From contig CAZYTL010000007.1 in assembly GCA_964650355.1 (NCBI GenBank), positions 4,455 to 68,454 of the forward strand: a DNA stretch of 64,000 bases. The letters are read 5' to 3'. The DNA is from an uncultured Gammaproteobacteria bacterium. Lineage in GTDB: Bacteria > Patescibacteriota > Microgenomatia > CAYXHB01 > CAZYTL01. The notes under the pieces are model-generated. The model was given only the letters and a program-made list of their open reading frames with translations, searched no databases and was not told where the DNA came from. Shown here one piece after another: positions 10,099 to 17,879 of the stretch. Position 1 is the first letter of the stretch. Each line of letters starts with the position of its first letter. A program made the position numbers and the translations under genes.

Positions 10099-10623
10099 AT
10101 GAGGGCAGAAATAATTCATAAACTTGAGAAATCTCTCTTATCATTTGATAGCGAAGCCGACGTTGTTTATATTCTAACTAGAATCGGTAAGATTCTTGAA
10201 TTTGATAATAAAGTCTCTGATTATCAAATTCTTTACTTTTATCGCAATTGGAGCGTACATGCCAAGTTAGATAAAAATAAGAAGAACAAATTTGTTAAAA
10301 ATTTTGTCGGAGAATTCATAAAAAATAAAAACTATCGAGATTCGGTACTCCGTCATGAATATTTCGTTAGTAAATTGAATAGCTTTTTAAAAGATTATTC
10401 TCTTCCTCAGTTAAGAAATGGAAAAAAGTTTTTAAAATTACTAAGAGAAATAATTGCCGATACTCCTATTATATTAGAAGGAAAAAACACAACTTATTCA
10501 ATAAGTCTAGATAAATCTGATAAAAAAAATGCTTCAAAGTCTTTCACTATCAAAGTGACAGCATTCCCGAATCCTGTTAAGATAAATTTTTCTGCTCCTC
10601 AGGTAACAGCACTTGGAAGGTAA
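10099..10623 (+). CDS. Hypothetical protein with a possible HEPN-like RNxxxH motif
   Basis: AT-rich 174 aa ORF containing YRNWSVH. Confidence 0.55.
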   Translation: MRAEIIHKLEKSLLSFDSEADVVYILTRIGKILEFDNKVSDYQILYFYRNWSVHAKLDKNKKNKFVKNFVGEFIKNKNYRDSVLRHEYFVSKLNSFLKDYSLPQLRNGKKFLKLLREIIADTPIILEGKNTTYSISLDKSDKKNASKSFTIKVTAFPNPVKINFSAPQVTALGR

Positions 10624-10674
10624 AGAAAAAAACTAATACAAAACCTTTGCTTATACTCTTCCCTATTGATTTAG

Positions 10675-10950
10675 TTAATCGTCCCTGTCGTGGTTGTCTG
10701 AGAAGTCTTCTGCTTCCGTTATTTCAGGTTCGTCGTGTTGAGATTCCTCTTCTGACTCTTGTTTGATATTGATGAATTCGTTTTCCACTGTTTTCAAGCG
10801 GTCGCGGCAGTGTTTGATTAATGCATTTCCTGCTTTGAGTTTTTTCAATCCCTCATCCAGATCAATGTCTTCATTCTGAAACCATTGGTTGATTTGGTCC
10901 AGTTCCCTGATCGCTTCTGAAAAATTAAATTTTTTATCCGTGTCTGCCAT
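10675..10950 (-). CDS. xseB: Exodeoxyribonuclease VII small subunit
   Basis: FSEAIRELDQI...IDLDEGL...LIKHCRDRL pattern; downstream of xseA. Confidence 0.85.
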   Translation of the reverse strand: MADTDKKFNFSEAIRELDQINQWFQNEDIDLDEGLKKLKAGNALIKHCRDRLKTVENEFINIKQESEEESQHDEPEITEAEDFSDNHDRDD

Positions 10951-10952
10951 AT

Positions 10953-12311
10953 TTAGCCTATTTTTTTAACTTGAGACTGGATGCCCCCTTCATATAATCT
11001 GATTCCGATTATATCATCAATCCGCACCTGTTTGGTTGACTTGACTACTTTTCCGCCCGCGTCTTTTACAATGCTGTAACCCTGTTTTAATTTATGCTGC
11101 GGATCCGATAAGTTGAGTAGCTGCTCGTGTTGGTTTACTTTCTTTACCAGTCCCGAATGCCAGTCCGCAAATCCCTGATACAAAGTGGTTTCTAATTTTC
11201 GGAGCTCCTTATGGGTTTCATTGATCCACCTTTGGTAAAGTTGGTAATTAAACACAAAATTTGCTTCAATCCGTTTGACTATATCCAGCAATTTACTGAA
11301 ACCACGGGATAAAGATTCACTGTAATTTTCAACAATTTGTTTCTGCCGGGAGAGGTGATGGCCGAAATTAGTGATCAGACTATTTTGGTGACTTGTTAGG
11401 GTAATCTTCATTTTTCCTATCCTGCCCATAAAAACTGTCGCCATGTGCCGTTCCGCTTCACCCACTTCTCTGACTACCGCGTCCCAATTGGCAGTCAGCA
11501 TTTCTCCCGCGTGAGTCGGTGTGGAAGCTCTGGTATCTGCCACTAGGTCTGCAATGGTAATATCCCGTTCATGGCCGACCGCAGATAGTACCGGAATCTT
11601 GGATCCATAGATGGCTTTGGCTACTTCCAAGGTATTAAATGCCTGCAGAGCTTCCAGGCTACCGCCACCTCTGGTAACTACCAACACATCAATTTCCGTA
11701 TTGTGTTCATTAAACCACTTAATCGCGTCAACTATATTATTAACTGCCTTTACCCCTTCGACTCTGGCATCATAAAAATTTACAGTTAATCCGTAATCAC
11801 CCAAGTGGGTCGTGAAGTCAGTAATTGCTGCTCCGGTTTGCGAGGTAATCAGTCCGATTTTTTCTACGAAGCGGGGCAAGGGTCGTTTGCGCTCTTCCTT
11901 AAAATAACCGGCCTGTTCCAGCTCGGTTTTTAATTTCTCAAACGCCTGTCTTAAAGCCCCTTCGCCGACCGGAATAATATATTCCGTCCGGAATGAAAAT
12001 CTGCCTTTGGGTTTATAGACTTCAGGATATCCGGTGACTTTCACTTCCATACCCTCTTCGAGTTCAATACCGATATTTCTCAGGGTAGATGTCCAGCAAA
12101 GACAATTTAAAACAGCGTCTTCGTCTTTGTCGCTCAGGGTAAAATATACAGCCCTGCCCGATTGGCCTACCTGGCTGATTTCTCCCTGAACCGTGGCCGA
12201 CAATTTTTGCAGGGACTGATTCACCAGGTCAAGATACTCACCGACACTAAACACTCTTTTAGTTTCTCCCTCGTCATTATTTCCGAATAAAAAGTCGTTT
12301 GTCATCACCAT
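10953..12311 (-). CDS. xseA: Exodeoxyribonuclease VII large subunit
   Basis: OB-fold VQGEIS/YFTL, TRGGGS, SAVGHERD, TPT, and C-terminal GYSIV. Confidence 0.92.
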   Translation of the reverse strand: MVMTNDFLFGNNDEGETKRVFSVGEYLDLVNQSLQKLSATVQGEISQVGQSGRAVYFTLSDKDEDAVLNCLCWTSTLRNIGIELEEGMEVKVTGYPEVYKPKGRFSFRTEYIIPVGEGALRQAFEKLKTELEQAGYFKEERKRPLPRFVEKIGLITSQTGAAITDFTTHLGDYGLTVNFYDARVEGVKAVNNIVDAIKWFNEHNTEIDVLVVTRGGGSLEALQAFNTLEVAKAIYGSKIPVLSAVGHERDITIADLVADTRASTPTHAGEMLTANWDAVVREVGEAERHMATVFMGRIGKMKITLTSHQNSLITNFGHHLSRQKQIVENYSESLSRGFSKLLDIVKRIEANFVFNYQLYQRWINETHKELRKLETTLYQGFADWHSGLVKKVNQHEQLLNLSDPQHKLKQGYSIVKDAGGKVVKSTKQVRIDDIIGIRLYEGGIQSQVKKIG

Positions 12312-12374
12312 TAGTTTAAGTTTTGTAATCCAAATTATACCAAGACTGATCAGGTTTAATGATTTCAGTTTGGA

Positions 12375-12403
12375 TTTACAAACTACCTTAATTGTTATAA
12401 ATT
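12375..12403 (+). promoter_or_regulatory. Putative sigma70 promoter P1
   Basis: TTTACA-17-TAAATT; shares the ACAAACTAC core with P2. Confidence 0.45.
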
Positions 12404-12558
12404 GAATCAGAGCGGCCTACCTTCTGCAACAGCTTCAAAGAACAACGGTTCATCTGGCGAGTTGCAGGTTTACAACTTCCAAACAGACTCCAAAGTCCGT
12501 TTTACGAAATCTTAGAATTAATCTATTCTTGTCGGTCCTTTATCTCCATGAGATCTTG

Positions 12559-12588
12559 TTGACAAACTACTTCCTTTAGATTTATATT
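12559..12588 (+). promoter_or_regulatory. Putative sigma70 promoter P2
   Basis: TTGACA-18-TATATT, with no ORF downstream. Confidence 0.5.
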
Positions 12589-12827
12589 ATTAGTCAAATT
12601 GGTTTGTTTAACTTTCTGGATTTAGTGCGATTAAATCAGTAGTTAAATTGGTTTGGCCGAGGGAAACCAAGGCCAACGCACTAGGCTCTAGAAGCCCAAG
12701 GTCAAATCAATTTAATTGCTGATTTTTTATATAAGATACATACTCCTGCGAAGCTTCAAAATAACGTAAGTTTAACTGAAGAGACCGCGGCTACGGGGAG
12801 GCTGTATTTAAAAAATCAAAGAAGGTG

Positions 12828-12865
12828 AGGCCGCCACTAATGAGATGGGCGGCCTTTGTGTTTTG
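12828..12865 (+). terminator. Attenuator/terminator-like hairpin
   Basis: AGGCCGCC/GGCGGCCT stem followed by TTGTGTTTT. Confidence 0.5.
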
Positions 12866-13127
12866 AGGCTCTTTGACAGTAAAAATGGGTTTTCGGGGTG
12901 ACCCGAATCCATCCTTCGGGTCGCTTTTACCAACCAAATAGGATGGTAGAAAGGACCAGAGACATGGTAATCACCATTCGATTCCATAAAATACCCCGAA
13001 TCATAGAGATTCAGGGTAAATTGTGGAGGGTACTAAATTCGGGTTTACTCGTTCCAGCGACGTAAACCTGAATGGGTGACCTTCGGGTCACCCCAGAAAG
13101 TCCATTTTTGAATAATATTTTAGAAGT

Positions 13128-13199
13128 GCCACCGTAGGTCAATGGATAGACCAGTTCCGTGCTAAGGTTCAGATGGCGGTTCGATTCCACCCGGTGGCA
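13128..13199 (+). tRNA. Atypical tRNA-like gene, anticodon GCT, no long variable arm (possible pseudo-tRNA)
   Basis: GCCACCG/CGGTGGC acceptor, GGTC/GACC D stem, TTCGATT T loop; two U-U mismatches in the anticodon stem and a C-A in the T stem; no CCA. Confidence 0.65.
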
Positions 13200-13479
13200 T
13201 CTCTAAGATATTACTTAAAACCTACTCTACAATGTCGCCTCCGTTTGCGGTCAGCAGTAAATGGAAGATGATCGAAGTTAAATTGTTAGTCTGAGCAGCT
13301 TTCATACTTCCAGACTGGCACAATATATACAAGGTTGTCAAGGGGATTGACAATAAGTATTTTAAGATCTATATAATAACTCAAAAAATGTTCATTTACA
13401 AGGTTTATAAGTAATTAATTTCAAAAACGCTATCCTAAAAGGAGCTATAATAGCGAAAAATAATTATTAGAGTAAAAAA

Positions 13480-13686
13480 TCAACATCCGATACATGAAGT
13501 AAGAGGATGCTTTTTTAACTTTTCGATGGGTATCAACTGCCTTAGAAGAAGGTTTACCAATTTCCTATTAAAATCCCTCTCTTCTTTACTTAACTTTTGA
13601 ACTCTAGATTCAATCGTCGGTGAAACAATAGAAGCATTTCCCGGAGTCTTTGTTTTTAACGTCTGATTATCTGATTTAATTGTCAT
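13480..13686 (-). CDS. Hypothetical protein
   Basis: 68 aa ORF overlapping the upstream small gene. Confidence 0.35.
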   Translation of the reverse strand: MTIKSDNQTLKTKTPGNASIVSPTIESRVQKLSKEERDFNRKLVNLLLRQLIPIEKLKKHPLTSCIGC

Positions 13687-13864
13687 CTCTATTATTCTTT
13701 TTCTCTTCTCTGACTACCTTATGGGCAATCAGATGAGCCAGAGTCTGCATGTTGCCCAGCATTTCGATGGCATGTTCACGGGTGGCGTTTTCCGGATCGG
13801 TTTGTTTGAGAAATCTGATCACGCTTTGAATATCTTTTTCTCTTTGGTCCTGATCTTCGTTCAT
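13676..13864 (-). CDS. Small helical hypothetical protein
   Basis: 62 aa with an ATG start, co-oriented after the PLD gene. Confidence 0.55.
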   Translation of the reverse strand: MNEDQDQREKDIQSVIRFLKQTDPENATREHAIEMLGNMQTLAHLIAHKVVREEKKNNRDDN

Positions 13865-13891
13865 ATCTGTATTATATTCTATATGCGAAAA

Positions 13892-14368
13892 TTAGAGAAA
13901 CTTCTCTAATTTTAAAAATTCCACCATCTCCCGGGCATAATATGCACCTGCAATCCGCCGCATAATCTCCCGGCTGTTGGTCTGCGACAAAATATTTAAG
14001 CTGCCTTCCCATAATATTTTTCTGTCTATAATAGCCAGTTTACGGTGGTGGTTGTTTGTGGTGGCGATCACCTGGACGCCGATGCTTTCAAACCATCTGA
14101 TCTCCTGTTCTGCTTGGAGGGCATATTCTTCAATGTGCTTGTCAGGATCGCGGGTGATTACGTAGACTTTAACCCCATTAGCTATCAATCTACTGAAAAC
14201 GGAAGCCAATTGTTTCATCCGGGAAGTTGAAATATACGGACTTTCAATAATCACCTCATGTTTGCAGGTCTTCAGATCCTTTACAAATTGTTGATAAAAC
14301 CCCTTTTCATCATAGAGTCTAGAATCAAATTGCGGTAAAGATTGAGGTGAAGAAAAGAGGTTAAACAT
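13892..14368 (-). CDS. Phospholipase D-like (HKD) nuclease domain protein
   Basis: ESPYI and HRKLAIID...EGSLN single HKD motif; likely ATG at 14368. Confidence 0.8.
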   Translation of the reverse strand: MFNLFSSPQSLPQFDSRLYDEKGFYQQFVKDLKTCKHEVIIESPYISTSRMKQLASVFSRLIANGVKVYVITRDPDKHIEEYALQAEQEIRWFESIGVQVIATTNNHHRKLAIIDRKILWEGSLNILSQTNSREIMRRIAGAYYAREMVEFLKLEKFL

Positions 14369-14532
14369 ACTACTCGGTTGAATCAATAACTTTAACCTGA
14401 CCGTCAAAATAGGTAAAGCCTAATTGCTTCAATTTTTCGTATGTTTGTATTAAACTGTCAAAAAGGTGTTCCAAAAACGGGACAGAGGGCTCACACTTCT
14501 GTATACTTAGGGGAAACGGGGAAGGAAGAGAT

Positions 14533-15231
14533 TCAGTCGAATTTGAGGCTGGAGAGGATGTGGTCGTAGAGAGGGGGTTGGTTGAGAAGGCTGATGTTGA
14601 AGAGTTTATCATCGTGAATCAGGTAAAGGTTCTGTTTGGCAAATTCCAAGGGGGTGGGCGGGGTGTCGATCTTGACAGCGGGGATTCCGGCCACGGTGTA
14701 ATTGGTAGTGTTGGGGACGGCCGGGTCTCCTGACAGTTGCTGCAACCAAGCTACTAAGTTTTGGCCGGGAGGAGGGTTGTAGAATTCAGACGAGTAATGG
14801 ATGATTTCCAGACGGGCCATGGTTAAAGGGCCTTCGCCACCGGGATAGTTTTCCATGATGACTGCGTCTTCATCGCTGGTGTCCAAGCGACAGAGACAAT
14901 TAGACGGCCGTTGGTTTTCTACGGTTTCTTGGCAGACTGAAGGCCAGTCGCCGGTTACACATTCCGGAGGATACTTGAAGGTGTAGTGGTAGCGGGAATT
15001 GGTGTAAGTGGGCCAGCCAGCGGTAAGTTCCTCGATTCCGGGTTCTGTTTCCACTCCTTTGACCTGTTCAGGGACAGGGGTCGGTGAGGGAGGGTTGACT
15101 GAAGCCACCTGATTAGAGGTGACTGTTGGTGTCTGAGGAGTGGTCCACATGATCAGCCCGATTCCGCTAAACACCACCATTAACACGAGCATTACCCCTA
15201 ACATGAATGAAGAATTTTTTCCATTTTCCAT
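14533..15231 (-). CDS. Membrane-anchored extracellular protein (PsbP-like CPR family)
   Basis: N-terminal TM, Pro/Thr linker, WPTYTNSRYHYTFKYP motif. Confidence 0.6.
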   Translation of the reverse strand: MENGKNSSFMLGVMLVLMVVFSGIGLIMWTTPQTPTVTSNQVASVNPPSPTPVPEQVKGVETEPGIEELTAGWPTYTNSRYHYTFKYPPECVTGDWPSVCQETVENQRPSNCLCRLDTSDEDAVIMENYPGGEGPLTMARLEIIHYSSEFYNPPPGQNLVAWLQQLSGDPAVPNTTNYTVAGIPAVKIDTPPTPLEFAKQNLYLIHDDKLFNISLLNQPPLYDHILSSLKFD

Positions 15232-15317
15232 AAGCGGTTGATTTCATTATATACCAGTTAGCTGGAGACCTCATTGCTCGTCGGTAAGACGGTGCGGATT
15301 GCGGCGAGAGAAGGGAT

Positions 15318-15794
15318 TTAATTTAATTGCCAGATACTGAAATTTAGCAGGGCGGCAAACCCCACCCAGAGCAGATAAGGAACCAGCAGCCAGGCAGCCA
15401 ATTTGTCAATGAGTTTGAACAGTTTGATGACGTAGGCGATGAGCACAAACAAAATGATAATTTCCCCGAATGCCAGGCCGAGATTCTTGAATCCGAAAAA
15501 TATCATGGACCAAAGTAGATTAAGGACTAACTGGAGGCAAAAAACCATGAGCGGATAATTGAACTTGCGGCTCTGGCGGTGTTTTTCCCAGACAAGATAC
15601 AGAGAGATTCCCATGAGGGTGTATAAGGTGATCCATACCGGACCAAAGATGCCATTGGGCGGATTAAAAGCGGGTTTGTTTAGACCAGCATACCAGTCAG
15701 TAAGAGATGAAACCGTGAAAAAGGAGCCTGTGACACCTGCTAACTGACAAAGAACAATTGCGGAGATGAGTAATTTCCAGTTTTTGACTTTCAT
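15318..15794 (-). CDS. tspO: TspO/MBR family protein
   Basis: WYAGLNKPAFNPP..IFGPVW..LY and PYLLWV.FA..LN. Confidence 0.9.
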   Translation of the reverse strand: MKVKNWKLLISAIVLCQLAGVTGSFFTVSSLTDWYAGLNKPAFNPPNGIFGPVWITLYTLMGISLYLVWEKHRQSRKFNYPLMVFCLQLVLNLLWSMIFFGFKNLGLAFGEIIILFVLIAYVIKLFKLIDKLAAWLLVPYLLWVGFAALLNFSIWQLN

Positions 15795-15954
15795 GCTTAG
15801 GCACTGAAGAATGATTAGTGCTGAAACAATTATGTGCTGCCTGAAATTAACTATACCTGGTTGGGGTTTGAATTGCTATACTATACCGATGGGGCTCCGA
15901 TGGAATTCGGAGCTCAGAAGTATTTAAGTTACGTTTATCTGCTGTTGATTATTT

Positions 15955-16596
15955 ATGGATTTAGTTAACCTGATTGAAACCGTTGGTTATATCGGGATAT
16001 TTTTTATCATTTTTGCGGAGTCAGGTCTGTTGTTCGGGTTTTTCCTGCCCGGCGACAGCCTGCTATTCACGGCCGGGTTTCTGTCCTCCCAGGGAGTATT
16101 GTCATTGCCGGTGCTGATCGTCGGCTGTTTTCTGGCAGCCGTGTTGGGTGATAATGTGGGGTATGCGTTCGGACATCATGTAGGCAAGAGATTGTTCCAG
16201 CGTAAGGATTCATTGTTTTTTCACCAAAGAAACATCACAAAGGCGCAGGAATTTTATGAAAAATACGGATCTAAGACCATTGTTATAGCCAGATTTATAC
16301 CGGTGGTGAGGACTTTTGCTCCCATTGTGGCCGGGGTGGGAACCATGGATTATAAAGTGTTTGTGGTGTTTAATTTAATCGGCGGAGGTTTATGGACCAT
16401 TGGCGTGACCCTGGCCGGTCATTATTTTGGCAGTTTGATTCCTGATGTGGATAAATATTTGATTCCGGTGGTATTGCTGATCATTATTGTTTCAGTGGCT
16501 CCCACTGCGATTCACATTCTTAAGGATCCTGACCATCGAAGAGAATTGAATAAAATAGGAAGAAAATTACTGCTCAAATGGGTGCCGAGAAGTTAA
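15955..16596 (+). CDS. dedA: DedA family membrane protein
   Basis: FAESGL..GFFLPGDSLLF and ARFIPVVRTF. Confidence 0.9.
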   Translation: MDLVNLIETVGYIGIFFIIFAESGLLFGFFLPGDSLLFTAGFLSSQGVLSLPVLIVGCFLAAVLGDNVGYAFGHHVGKRLFQRKDSLFFHQRNITKAQEFYEKYGSKTIVIARFIPVVRTFAPIVAGVGTMDYKVFVVFNLIGGGLWTIGVTLAGHYFGSLIPDVDKYLIPVVLLIIIVSVAPTAIHILKDPDHRRELNKIGRKLLLKWVPRS

Positions 16597-16658
16597 GGGG
16601 TGGAGTTGATCCGTAAACTTTTTGCTTATTCCACTGCGCTTGGTGTTTAATATGACTA

Positions 16659-17879
16659 ATGGTGAGTAAATCTCGGGTGACGCTTTGGCAACGGATTGGC
16701 TGGGTGGTAATCCTGGCTTGGGGAGTGCAAGTGTTGATCAATTACGGATATTTGTTTGGACGCTATGATTATCAATTACTGGATTTTCGCTCTTTTTACA
16801 CGGCGGCCCAAATTCTGATCAGACAGCCCAAAGATTTGTATAATTTTGATGTCCAAACAGCATATCAACAACCTCTTTTGTCAGGGAAAGAGGAGATCAC
16901 GGACCATGAACTGATCCCGTTTTTAAATCCCCCAATATTTTTGCTGCCGTTTTTACCTTTGACTTTAATTTCTTTTGATGCTGCTTATCTGGTGGCGGTA
17001 ACAGCCTGTCTGCTGGTGGGAGGGCTAGGGGTTTGGTTGTTGGTTAAAAAGATATTTCCTCTGCCGAATAAAAAGTTGCTGATAGCCGTGGGCCTGATAT
17101 TAACTTTTGCTTCGTCGTTTTCCACCATTGCGCTGACTCAGAGTTCTTTTTTTAGTCTATTAATTTGGGTGTTGGTTTACTATCTGCTCACTCACAGACG
17201 GGAAGGGTGGGCGGGTTTATTGGCCAGCGGGCTGCTATATAAACCGCAGTTGGGCATGGTGTTGTTTATCTATTTGTTGTGGACAAAAAATCGACAGCCA
17301 ATTAAGGGCCTAATGATAGGCGGAGTAGCTATGGGGCTGATTTCTTTATTGATGACCCAAGGCGCCTTATGGACCTGGCTGGCCTCATTGCCTGATTTTG
17401 TTAACCACTTGGAAACCGGACCCACTTCAAGGATCAGTTGGGCCGGCTTTTTTGCCCAACTCAATGAGTATTTTCCAGTCTTGCCCACAGTCTGGGTGTC
17501 GGTGATTGTTTCGCTGGTGACTGTAATTTGGACCATAAAGCAAATTAAGGAAATCGAACCGGCCAATAAAGTTTTCCCGCTCGCCTATTCGGCAATGATA
17601 TTAACTACTCTGTTGGCTGGATATCACGTATTAAGCCACGAACTGGTGCTGTTGTTTTTTCCTTTGGTTTATTTTGTTAAACAATACTACTCTACTAAAT
17701 TGTTAATCATCATCGGTGTCGGTTGGGGACTATCGTTGCTGTCGATTTTCAATTTTCTCACGCCGTGGTATCCGGGACGGATGCCCTTTTTGCCTACTAT
17801 TTATCTGGTGATGCTGCTGTACTTAATGATGAGATGGTTAAATAAACAGAGGATAAAAGTCGCCCAATATGCCGGTTAA
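16659..17879 (+). CDS. GT87 (DUF2029) glycosyltransferase, paralog 1
   Basis: DFRSFYTAA, PFLNPP, YKPQ; multi-TM. Confidence 0.8.
   Translation: MVSKSRVTLWQRIGWVVILAWGVQVLINYGYLFGRYDYQLLDFRSFYTAAQILIRQPKDLYNFDVQTAYQQPLLSGKEEITDHELIPFLNPPIFLLPFLPLTLISFDAAYLVAVTACLLVGGLGVWLLVKKIFPLPNKKLLIAVGLILTFASSFSTIALTQSSFFSLLIWVLVYYLLTHRREGWAGLLASGLLYKPQLGMVLFIYLLWTKNRQPIKGLMIGGVAMGLISLLMTQGALWTWLASLPDFVNHLETGPTSRISWAGFFAQLNEYFPVLPTVWVSVIVSLVTVIWTIKQIKEIEPANKVFPLAYSAMILTTLLAGYHVLSHELVLLFFPLVYFVKQYYSTKLLIIIGVGWGLSLLSIFNFLTPWYPGRMPFLPTIYLVMLLYLMMRWLNKQRIKVAQYAG

Larger units (their letters stand above)
12595..13320 (+). ncRNA. Large structured non-coding RNA region of unknown family
   Basis: 26-bp stem 12633-12658/12700-12725 (all 4 non-WC pairs are G-U on +); multibranch domain 12881-13109 with a cUUCGg hairpin; tRNA-like gene; further G-U-containing hairpins 13240-13265 and 13284-13320. 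Confidence 0.65.
1..14500. mobile_element. Right-hand part of a putative integrative (ICE-like) element / defence island
   Basis: VirB4-like ATPase + M23 hydrolase, excisionase-type HTH, type III R-M, HerA-like ATPase and PLD nuclease. Much of it is visibly AT-richer than the genes right of ~14.5 kb. No integrase in the window; the boundary is inferred. Confidence 0.6.

Noticed and set aside
12655-12700. c-di-GMP-I riboswitch or amber-suppressor tRNA
   Set aside because: Only GGGAAACC and CTCTAGA fragments match; the required stems and T arm are absent.
12836-12846. Hammerhead ribozyme core (CTAATGAG)
   Set aside because: It is not CTGATGA and there is no properly placed GAAA or three-stem junction.
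12720-12860. T-box riboswitch
   Set aside because: AAGGTGAGGCCGCC lacks the UGGN-ACC bulge and no amino-acid gene follows.
10675-13320. Retron (ncRNA + ExoVII)
   Set aside because: No reverse transcriptase is present in the window.
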